Below are positions 29,515 through 40,697 of a stretch of DNA of 64,000 nt, in pieces. The notes under the pieces are model-generated. The model was not told the origin of the DNA. It saw only the letters and a list, made by a program, of their open reading frames with translations, and did no database searches. The stretch covers positions 1,210,555 to 1,274,554 of the forward strand of contig JAWQFM010000021.1 in the NCBI GenBank assembly GCA_033442325.1, written 5' to 3'. The number at the start of each line of letters is the position of its first letter. The stretch's first letter is position 1. The stretch comes from Salpingoeca rosetta. Its lineage: Eukaryota > Protista > Choanoflagellata. A program made the position numbers and the translations under genes.

Positions 29515-29535
29515 TAGCGAACCGTTGTTGCCACT

Positions 29536-29730
29536 GTGTTGTGCTGTGTTGTGTTGTGTTGTGTTGTGTTGTGTTGTGTTGTGTTGTGTTGTGTTGTGTT
29601 GTGTTGTGTCGTGTTGTGTGGTATTGTGTTGTGTTGTGTTGTGTGGTATTGTGTTGTGTTGTGTTGTGTTGTGCTGTGTTGTGTTGTGCTGTGCTGTGTT
29701 GTGCTGTGTTGTGTTGTGTTGTGTTGTGTG
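29536..29730. repeat. (GTGTT/GTGCT)n pentanucleotide microsatellite downstream of the DUF1336 stop (also at 22640-22780 and in the duplicate at 27280-27474)
   Basis: Read directly; source of the spurious CCVVL and HNTTQ ORFs. Confidence 0.9.
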
Positions 29731-30124
29731 TGCTGCTGCAATTCCCCATGTCGCGCCTCCGTTCTGTCCACGCATCTTCCTGTTCTCTCAAATGCCATTG
29801 CGGACTTTCACCCCAGTAAATGAATGACACGTGCGTGTGTATTGTTGTTGAGTTGCTTGTGTACTCGGGACAACACGAAGCGTGAGAGAGGAAAATGATC
29901 TTTTCTGACAAACACAACACGGGCACTGGGGCGACGAGATGTGCAGTGAACAGCGTGGTCTGTTGTGAGACACGAAGGATGTAAGGCAGAGCAACGAGGG
30001 AGAGTAAGATGTTGTATTGACAATGTCATGTATGTCTGGGCGTGTGCATGCGCACAAGTGCAACATGGCATGCAAGTTGCGGTGAGGAGTGCACACGCAG
30101 CAGCAGTGCACACGTGTGCGATCA

Positions 30125-30792
30125 TCATGCGAGGGAGCTGTGAGGAACGTTCTTGGTGATCCAGGGGTGCTGGAGGGCATCAGCCAAGGACATGCGCTCG
30201 CTCGGTCGCCGCCGCAGCAGCTGCAGTGACAACAACAGACCATGCATGATGGGGTGCGCACCACGTGTGAGTTGGTCGAAGCAGGAGGGGGGAGGAGTTG
30301 CAAGGTGGAGATGGTAGGATAGGCAGCGCTTCATCAAACACACACTCACAAACTCACACACTCATACTCACACTCACACACACACACACTCGAACAAGCG
30401 AATGCGAAAGAAGAACTATGTACACAAGGCCGAGCAGGAGATATACACACACAGAGAGATTCATACATGTGCATACATGTATTTGCATTCACACACGCGT
30501 CCACACACACGTGCAAACACACCTTCTTGACAAAGTCCTTTGCCTCAGCGGAGACGGGGATGTGTTCGGGGAAGCGGAGATCCACGCTGGTGATGCGCTT
30601 GTATGTGTTTGTGTGTCCCTCGGCCTCAAAGGGCGGGTTTCCAAACAGAAACTCATACGTCAGCACACCGAGAGACCACAGGTCAACCTGCCATTGCACA
30701 TTGGTACCAGCACAGAGATATGAGTGAGGAAGGTGAAGTTGTGTGGCAATATCGGAGAGGAAGAAAGAACACGTGCATCACGTGTATGTATG

Positions 30793-30823
<31 letters not shown>

Positions 30824-31885
30824 TGGGGGGGGGGGGCATTCGCAGCCACAAACATGCACGCTATCACGGCCATTGTTTTTTTTTTTTGTGTGTGTGTGTG
30901 TGTGTCGCACCGTTGCGTCGTGTGGCTCCTGGCGAATCATCTCTGGTGGGAGATAGTCGAGGGTTCCGCACAGTGTCTTGCGACTGTTGGCGCATGTGGT
31001 GGGAGGACACAAGGGGGCATGAGAAGTGTGGTCGGTGGTGTCGAATTGAGATGGAGTAAACAGGCGTTGCGCTCGCTCTTTTTCGCGATGCACAACCACA
31101 TTCACCCACATATACATACAAACACACAACACACACATGTACACAACACACACACACACACACACATAACACACACACACATGTACACACATACAACACA
31201 CACATAACACACACACACACAAAACACAAACAAACAGTTAAACACACAACCAAACACGCTCCATACCGGGATGATGGTGCGTGCACAGCCCATCCAAAGT
31301 CTGCAATCTTGAGCGTGTTCTCCAGTCCGAGAAGAAGATTTTCTGGCTTGATGTCGCGATGAATCACACTCTTCCGATGACAGTACTGACCCAAGTCAAT
31401 TTGACGCAACGAGAGGGAATGAGGCGAGGTGAGCATGAGCTGGGGCAAGATGCGCACACACGCTGGTTTGGTGGGCAGTGTAAGCATCTCACTGCGCTCA
31501 GCACGACCAGTCTCATCGGCACAACTGCGACACGACAGCGGGAAGACGCGCAATTGCAAGCACGCAAACACACATGTACACACATGCACATACACATGCA
31601 CCCACCTTGAGGGCGTTTGTGAGCTGGAAAATGTAGTCTGCGGACGTGCGCTCGTCAAAGCGGGAGCGCTCTTGTAGGATCTAAGATGGGATGTGCATGC
31701 AAGCAAAGGTAATGAGACGGTGTATGTGGAGTCAGGACAGCATGCAAAGCCGTGTAATCTGGGGATGAACATCTAATGCTCTGCGAACACAAGCACACGC
31801 ACACACGCACGCACGCACACACACACATGTCCACATACAAGCACACACACATGTCCACATACAAGCACACACACACACATACACA

Positions 31886-31942
<57 letters not shown>

Positions 31943-33260
31943 CGCAACAGCTTCATACCTTGTAGAGCTCGCCCTTTGCTGCGTATTCGAGAATGAGGTA
32001 GACGCGGTGCTCGTCGTGGAAGTATCCAAACAGCCGCAAAATGTTCTTGTGTTGGAGATGCGATTGAATCTCAACTTCGCGCCGCAGCTGGTGCTCCACA
32101 TTGTGTTTCTGCAGTTGGCTCTTGAACAAGACCTGGCAATTGGAGAGCAGAGGCGTAAGGTTGTGACAGTGGCGGTGATGATCGTGGAAGCGCGTGGAGG
32201 GAGGAGAAGGTTGGGGTGTGGGCGTTGTTGGTGCTTGGTAAAAAAACAAGAAGAACAAGCAAGTAAAGGAACAAACCTTGCAGAGCAACATGGCGCATCG
32301 TGCGCCGTGCACTTAAAACAAGCTGTTACACACACACCCGCACACACACACCCACACCGAGTGTCTCTCTCTCTCTCTCTCATAAACAAACGCACACACT
32401 CACACATACACAGAGTCTCTCTCTCCCTCTCTCACTCTGCCTCCCACCTTGAGGGCGACGATGAACTTGGACTTCTTTTCGCGCGCAAGGAAGACATTGC
32501 CAAACTTGCCCTTGCCTGAATGATTACGGAAAGCAACAGGTAATGTGGTTAGTCGCGCGCGTGTTAATGATCAGGGAGCAACACAAACGGTTTAGTGCAA
32601 GCGGTGCCGAATAATGCACAGGACTGCGAGTGCTAATCGCCAACTTGTTGGGCAAAGCCAAGTCCTTACACATGCACATAGGACCGTAAACACACCACAC
32701 GCACACGCACACACACATCAAGGGCTGTGGACACGCAATCGCATACAATCTCGAACACGCACAACACACACACAATATCACACAAACGGGCACACACACA
32801 CAATCACTCACGCACTCACAATCACACACTCACACACACACACAATCACACACTCACACACACACAATCACTCACGCACCGAGTGGGCGACCAATCTCAA
32901 AGTCATCGAGACACCATTTCCTGCGTGCGGCTGTGTGAAGAGCGAGACAAAGCATCGACAGAACACACCGATTATGAGGAGACACCGGCATGCATCGCCA
33001 CCGAAACCAAGCGAACAATGGAACACACGGGCCACCGACAAAAGCAAAGGCGGCACACAGAGCAAGCTTACGCTTTGCAGAAGATGCTGACGGCTTCTTT
33101 GATGCTGTGCTTGTCTGTGGTTCACCATGTTCACCATGTTATCCAAACGAGGGCGTATGTGAGATGGGGGCACGGCCTCAACGTGTGTTGAGAAGGATCA
33201 CACACCATGCAATCGTAATCAAGTACGTCCATCACACACACCCACCCACACACACACACA

Positions 33261-33300
<40 letters not shown>

Positions 33301-33398
33301 TGTCGCAACCACATTTGCGTATTGACCGGACTTACCGAGCTTGTGCTGTTGTGTTCGCGCAAAGCGTGTGTGTTGGTGCGTGGTTGTTGTTGCTCCAT
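30125..33398 (-). CDS. AURK: Aurora kinase
   Basis: MEQQQP..|..|[17 protein letters not shown]|[23 protein letters not shown]|[39 protein letters not shown]|..|[33 protein letters not shown]|[16 protein letters not shown]..|[21 protein letters not shown]..|[20 protein letters not shown] and [14 protein letters not shown] are Aurora-diagnostic. The start exon is less certain. Confidence 0.96.
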
Positions 33399-34711
33399 TA
33401 TTGCTTGTGTGGTGTGTGGTGTGTGGAGGAAGGAGGAAGGAGAAAGGAAAGGGGATGGACGTGTCGAAGGTGAAGACAGTCAGTGATTGACGCCACTTAG
33501 GCAACAGCAGTTGTAGCAGTCAAGATGAGAAGCGGCGGGGCGGTCTCGGTATTGGTGCTGGGTGTGCTGGGTGTTCGACGTGCGGGTGGTGTGGGGCAAG
33601 TGGTGGTGCTGGCTTGTTGTTGTGGTGGGTTGCGGGGTTTTTTGGTTGTCGCCAAAACACACCACTCGAATTTCCCGGCGCAAAGCTGACCACCTGTCAA
33701 ATTTGACACCTTTGTGACCACATTACATGATGTCGTTCTTGTTAGAAACGACACGACAGACAGTTTTGTGGGGAATGATGTCATTTTCAAGCACGAAGAC
33801 GGACGGACACTCGTGGTGTTAGGCCCTACGTGTCACCACCCCTCACCACGCCGTCTTGCGTTGTTCGTGACCCAGCAAGTCTTCTTCTGCTTGCGTGTTT
33901 TGTTGGTTGTTTGTCTGTTTGTTCTTTGTTGTTGGCGGGTTGGCTTGGATACATGCGTGTGCGTGTGAGCGCGTGTGAGATGTAGACGTTTGGACTTCCT
34001 GACCTCGTTCCTTCGTTCTCTGGGTTGTCGTGGGTGAAGCACCAGTGCCTATTCTTCCTTCTGGGTGTTGACAGCCTTGATAGTCTCACCGCGCGAACTG
34101 GCCCTCCTCGCTCTCCTCTGTGGCTTGCGCCACCACTACGCCGTCGTTTCTTCGTTTGTACACATAGGTCAACAGCTCAGGAAGCAGGAAGCTCTACCGT
34201 ATTCTCTGTTGCGCTCTCCCACCCCACCCCCATTCCTGTGGTTTCTGGCCGGTGGAGTACAAGCAGGCTCAGTATCACGTGAGTGGATTCTTCCTTGTGC
34301 GTGCGTGCGTGCGTGCGTGCGTGCTGTTTGGCTTGCGTAAGGATACAGTCTCACATGAACATCTCGGTCTACCAACCTGTTTGTTGTTGTTGTTGTTGAG
34401 GTTGCTTCGAGCACGTGGCGAGAGTCGACACGCCTTTCTTACTTTTCTGGCCAAACCTACTCACAACGCCAATCAATCGTTATCGGGCAGTCTTGCGGGT
34501 TTCACATTCATCACAGAACCGTGCAGGTCGCGCACCTGCAAAACAAAGCACGCCGCAACCTCGTGACAAGTGCTGGTCCTTCGGCAAGCACCCGAGTTCA
34601 AGGTGTTGTTTATTGCGACCACGCAAGCTAGTGAGCGGGTTGCTTCTGCATCGCAACCATTTCTCTTGGTGATCGAGTAAGTGCATCATCGCACACAACG
34701 CAACTCCCACC

Positions 34712-36594
34712 ATGGACCCTCCTCCTCGCCAGCCAGTGGTGGCACCTCCCTCGCTTCCACATTCCAGCAGCGAGCGAGAAGCGCACCTTGTTACAACACC
34801 AGCAGTGACAGCAGTGACAGCAACAACACACACGACAGCGACACCAACGCCGACGGCACAGCCCGTGTTGCCCTGGGACAAGGGTGGTGCGCCAGCCCTT
34901 CCAACGGTGCCACCCAAGCGGCGCCCCTCCACGTGCTCGTATTCGTCCTCCGCGCGCTCATCAGGCTCCCTCATCCCGTCTTCGCTCGACTCCAAGCTGC
35001 CCAGCGCCGGCCACGCCAAGAACAAGATGCATCAATTGCCCCCGGCCGCGAGCGGGTTCGGCGGGCCCGGGTTTCCCGCCAACCTCCGCCCACGCCGCCA
35101 CATCATGCATGAGTCAGCCTCCGTGGCAGCGAACAAAACGGCACCACGCACGCCATCACCGCCGTCGCCCTCCCCGTCACCGTCCCCATCGCCGGCACCA
35201 GAGACAGCGCGGCCTGCCACGCGGCCCGGGGTTCGACGGCGCACGCGGCCACCACTGCCTGCACGGCCGTCGTCAGCCAGGAGCACGTCTGCCCGCAGGG
35301 ACAGGATGAGCAGATCATCCCCCAGCCTCCGTGGCGGTATTGGTGCTGATGTGGACGACGACGACGACGACGACGGTGATGATGACGACGACGATAGCGC
35401 TGGGGGCAGGGACGCGTTCCACCATGTTCACGCGTACGGTACGCTGCGGCGCCGGCGGGCGAGCAGCAGCAGCCTGGGCAGCCTGTACAGCAATGGCGTT
35501 GGCGAGTTTGAGAGCGACCGGCAGACGCTGCTGCAGATCCTGGGCGAGCGAAGCGGCGTGCGGCGCCTGGTGCGGGTCATGCACACCAACGAGTACGTGC
35601 ACAGGCTGCAGCGGGACGTGTGCGAGGCGTTTGAGGAGGTTGCGTACTCCAGCCAGCAGATGCGGCAGCGGCTGCTGCGGCACGGTGCGGTTGAGGCCGT
35701 GGTGGCCGCCATGTGCATCCACCACTCGGACGTGCGCCTGCAGTTGGCGGGGTGCAGTCTCATCTTCTCCCTCGTCTCCTGGGACAAGTCGTGCATCGAC
35801 CACGTCATCGTCTCTGGCGGCGCGCACGCCGTCCTGCACATGTTGCAGAACCACGGCCTGAGGAACGTGCAGGTGTTTACCACCGCCTGTCCTTGCCTGG
35901 AGCTGCTCGCCTCATGTGCACACGATGCTCTGTTGCAAGCCCGCGCCGCGACCAGGCCAAGCACGCCCACCCTCGGCAACCGCCACCGCAGTAGCAGCGC
36001 CAGAGTCAGAAGCAGCAGTCGTCCCCACCAACGGCGGCCGCGCGCGAGCAGCGGTGTCAGCGGTGTCAGTCGCGGCGGTACGCGTGATGCAGATGGACGT
36101 GGCAGCCGTGTCAGCGATGGTGGCGGTGACTGTGGCGATACCGAGACGGACGGATGGGGCCGGTTCTCCTGCAGCGCCGCACTGCTGGCAGATGTTGCGG
36201 ACGACATTGACAGTGTTGGTGTTGGTGGTGGCGTTGATGTTGGTACGCATCATGGCAGCCGCCTCCTCAGTCAGCCAGGGGTTGGTGTGGGTCGCGAAGG
36301 CAACGTCGATGCCAAGAATGAGGAGGGAGAGGATGAGGAGGGGGATGGGGAGGGTAATGTTGTTGACACGGATGACATGTTGATGTGGGTGGAGGCCGGG
36401 ATCAGGGCTACGGCAGCGTGCATGCACGCTCACGAGACGTGCCGGCACGCGCAGGTGCTTGGGCTCAGTCTGCTGAGCAAGCTGGTCATGTTTTGGCGGC
36501 TGTTCTTTCCTTGCAATGACCCGCAGTACGACACCGAGGCCGACGCTGGTGCGCCGGTGCAGCAGGCAGAGCCTGGTTCTAGCAGGCACCGTCT

Positions 36595-36642
<48 letters not shown>

Positions 36643-36718
36643 CCCCGCGGACGCACGGCGGGACGACGACGGCGGTGACGATTGTGACGACGGCGGTGAC
36701 GATGGTGACGACGACGAC

Positions 36719-36752
<34 letters not shown>

Positions 36753-37063
36753 GCGCTGTTGGTGGCCGCGCACAGGACCGTGCTGCAGATGTTGGTGCTG
36801 GCCCCAGTGGTCATGCAGGACGCACGGCCGCTCGCCCATCGCACGCGCCGGCACCATCGATGTCCTCACCATCCCTGCTGCTGCACACTGCCACCAGCAC
36901 CAGCGCCAACAGCACGGCGTTCAAGACGGGGCTAGTGCACCCGACGGGGCACTGGCTGCCGGCGGACGTGCGGGCAGCGGCGACGCGGGCTGTGCAGCAG
37001 TTTCCAACCGACCAGGCGCTGCTGGGCCTCTGCAACACCATCCTCGATGGTGAAGGCGTCTGA
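34712..37063 (+). CDS. Single-exon 783-aa protein with ARM-like repeats in Pro/Ser/Asp low-complexity sequence
   Basis: Long ORF with GC-rich codons. Segments HGAVEAVVAAMCIHHSDVRLQLAGCSLI, SGGAHAVLHMLQNH, GIRATAACMHAH..AQVLGLSLL and AVQQFPTDQALLGLC resemble LRRK2-N/aardvark-type ARM repeats. Confidence 0.65.
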
Positions 37064-38163
37064 CGACCCGCCGACAGCCGCAAGGGAGAGATGGGAGAGA
37101 AAGGGAGGCATACACCACCGTGGAGACTGTTGCAGACAGACGGGCAGGCAGTCGCATACTCGTTCGCGGCCAGCCAGTGGCTCTGAGCTGTCAGGAAGGC
37201 AGGCCTGTCCCCCTCCGCCGCCTGCCCGTGCTGGTGTGCTGTAACCGCTCTTTTGGCTCTTTGGTTTGAAGCCAGGGAACCTGGTGGGTGCGTGCCACCA
37301 CGTGCGCTCTATGTTGGCTGATGTTGAGTGTGGAGGGGTTTGCGTGGGTGATGTTAGTGATGATGTTTACGCAGGCGGCTGGTGGCTGGTTTGTGGTTGT
37401 GTTTAGATAGAGCTAGGTCGAGTGCATCTTGCGCTTGAGTGTGGTGATGGTGGGAAGTCCATGTCCACGTGTGCTTGGTTGGCTTTGTCAATTGACATGT
37501 GTGCATGTATCTGAGCGCTGCTTGCGGATGCTGCCGGGCTGCAAGTGCAATGGCATAAACGAAGAACTGCAAAAGGCTTCGTGAAGGCACCTTCAACTCA
37601 TGCGTGTGCGTGTGCCTGGAGCTTGTGGGCAAGAGGAGGAGGAGGAGGAGGTTCGTGCTGATGGCATGAAGCTGCAGGTGGCGGCATGAAGCTGTGAGGA
37701 GTCTGCGGATGTGGTCCTTCATGATGACTGCATGGCCTGCGCTTGTGTGCAAGTACTGCATGTCGCTCGCAAATGTGATTGCGTTCAAATCACGCTTCAT
37801 CTCTTGACAGGTTGACGTGTGCTCGCGCGTAATGTGCAGTGGTCATGCTTCGTGCACGTGGGGTACGTGCAGGCACACGAAGAGAGAAAGGTGAGATGAT
37901 GTGAAGTGGCGAGGGAAGAAGAGAAGAGGAAGAGGATGAGCCCAGCACTTGGAGCCAAGTTGACGTGTGGTTCGTTCATCAGTTCCCACTCATCTTGTTC
38001 CCAGCGTCGCCGAATTTTCGTGCATGTCTTAAAGTACTTTTCTACAACCACAGTGGCGCCCGGCAGTGGCTGTTCGAACACAACAACAGTCGCGTCTGTG
38101 TGTGCGTGCATGTGTGTTGCGGGAGCGGATGGTGTCACTCATGCGTGCACACAACGCGACAGT

Positions 38164-38207
<44 letters not shown>

Positions 38208-38841
38208 GAGAGTGATTGACGTGAGCCGCTTTCTCCTCGCCAATCCACCTTCCCTCTTTTTTTTGTGGTAACGTGCACTTGCGAGTGCGCATGGATCATG
38301 AACAAGGAGTGGTCCTTCTCTATTAGACAGCAGCGATGTGACTCCGAGACGAGTGCAGGTGGCACGAGCACGTGTGTGCGTGCTTTCCCAGCTCGTTGGG
38401 AGCGTGCCACCATGCAGAAGCCTTCACACCACCCAGAGCACGCGCCCACCGATCAATCATGCGCAAGTAAGATGTGACGGCGTGTTGTGCTTGCCCCGTG
38501 TCTCTGTGCATCTGCTGTCTCCTTGCTGTTGTCCCTGGAGCTGAAGAGAGCGCTCTGCGCCCATCCATCTTCTGTCGCATGCATCTGCTCATTTTCCAGC
38601 TGTCTCTCAGGTACACATCTGCAGTACACGCACCACAGCTTGTCCACGGTTACAGTCTTGAGTCTCAAGCTATTTCTGCAACCCTTCCCGCTCCCCTCCT
38701 CCCCAATATACACACGACAAGCGGGCCCCTCCGCTTGTTCCACGGAGTCTTCACAGCTGATCTCGAGCCTTCAACCCAGGGCCTTGACTCTCTCGCGTGT
38801 CTGTTTCCTTCCAAAAGCGTCTCTCTGCTGAGCGCGCAAGG

Positions 38842-39189
38842 ATGCCGGCCGCTCGAAAGCCGGCCGTGGCGCCCGCGATATGGGCGCTGCTAGCGACCGT
38901 CTGCCTGCTACAATGCGGCGTCTCTGTCAAGGCACAGGGATGTCAGGCCTACAACGACGACATGGCGTCATGCGCATCCGACCCGGGCTGCGCCATCTCC
39001 GGCATGTGCGTCCCCAACATCAACCCCTGTACCGTTGGCATCACCTCCCTCACCTGCAACCTCATGCCCGGCTGCGAGTGGTTTGAAGGCATGTGCCTTC
39101 TGGTTCACCACGAATGCATGGAGATTAAGGTGTGTGTGTGTGTGTACGTGTGTGTGTACGTGTGTGTGTGTGGTTGTATGGGGTTCTGT

Positions 39190-39221
<32 letters not shown>

Positions 39222-39890
39222 TCGTGTATGTGTGTGTTTGTGTGTGTGTGTGTGTGGTTGTATGGGGTTCTGTGAGTGTGTTTTGTGTGTGTGTGTGTGT
39301 GTACGTGTATGTGCATGTGTGTGTGTGTGTGTAGTTGTGTGGGATTCTGTATGTGTGTGTGTGTGCGTCATGTGCCCGCTGCTTGTGGGGTGTTACTTTG
39401 CCTTCCTGCCCATCCTCACCTGTGTTTGTGCTGGCGCTGTGACATGTGCTGCCTCCACTGCGGTTGCTGTCAATGCGTTGTTGCAGGACTTGGTGGCGTG
39501 CCAGATGGACACCCTCACGCTCATGTGTGAGTGGCAGCCCATCTGCATTGGAGTCGACAACCCTGCACCGCCGCCACCACCCCCGGCCCTGCCCCCCTCC
39601 GCTCCGGGACCAACCATCATCCCCCCGACACAAGTGCCCCCTGGCGAGTGCTACCAGTACGAGAGCATGGCTGCGTGCGACGCGGACCCGGGCTGCGCAC
39701 CAAGCGGCCTGTGCGTCCCCAACATCAACCCCTGCACCGTGGGCATCACCTCCCTCACCTGCAACCTCATGCCCGGCTGCCAATGGATCGATGGCATGTG
39801 TATGCTGCTACACCACGAATGCATGGAGATTGATGTACGTAGTCACAGACTATGGGGGGGGGGATTTTTTGTTTGTTTGCGCGCGCGTGT

Positions 39891-39981
<91 letters not shown>

Positions 39982-40662
39982 CGTGTGTATGTGCGTGTGT
40001 GTGTTTGACATGTGTGCTCCTGCTGCCATGCATGTGTGTGTGTCGTGTGTGTTGTGTGTGTTTGTTTGTTTGTGTGTGTTTGGCATGTGTGCAATGACCT
40101 GTGTGCGCGCCACGATGCGCTCTAGTCTCTTGCTCGCATCCGCTCATCTGTCGTGGTTCTGTGTACCACACCGTTGCTCCAATCCCACGTCACACAACTG
40201 CAGGAGATGGTGGCGTGCCAGATGGACACCATGACCATGCTGTGCGAGTGGCAGCCCTTCTGCATGGACCTCGATGCCCCCGAAGCGCCGACACCTCCCG
40301 GTATTCCGCCACCGCCACCGCCACCCGGTACCCCGCCCTCGCCGCCCACGACATATCCGGTCAAACCGTGGAAGCCGCACATGCCGCCGCCGCCGCCGCC
40401 GCCAACGCAGTGCGTCGACTACAACATGGACATGGACGCGTGCACGAGCGATCCCAATTGCGAGCCAACAGGGATGTGTGTCCCCAACATCAACCCCTGC
40501 ACCGTGGGTATGACATCCCTCACCTGCAACCTCATGCCTGGTTGCGAGTGGATCGAGGGCATGTGCATGCTGCTGCACCACGAATGCATGGAGATCCGGG
40601 TACGTGCTTCCGTGTTTGTACGTATGCTCTTGTGTGAATGTGTGTGTGTGTATGAATGCGTG

Positions 40663-40697
<35 letters not shown>

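Noticed and set aside
37100-38800. Short minus-strand ORFs (37354-37800, 37797-38138, 38453-38743) in non-repetitive DNA
   Set aside because: No recognisable motif and no consistent splice model; may be UTR or promoter, although a small gene cannot be excluded.
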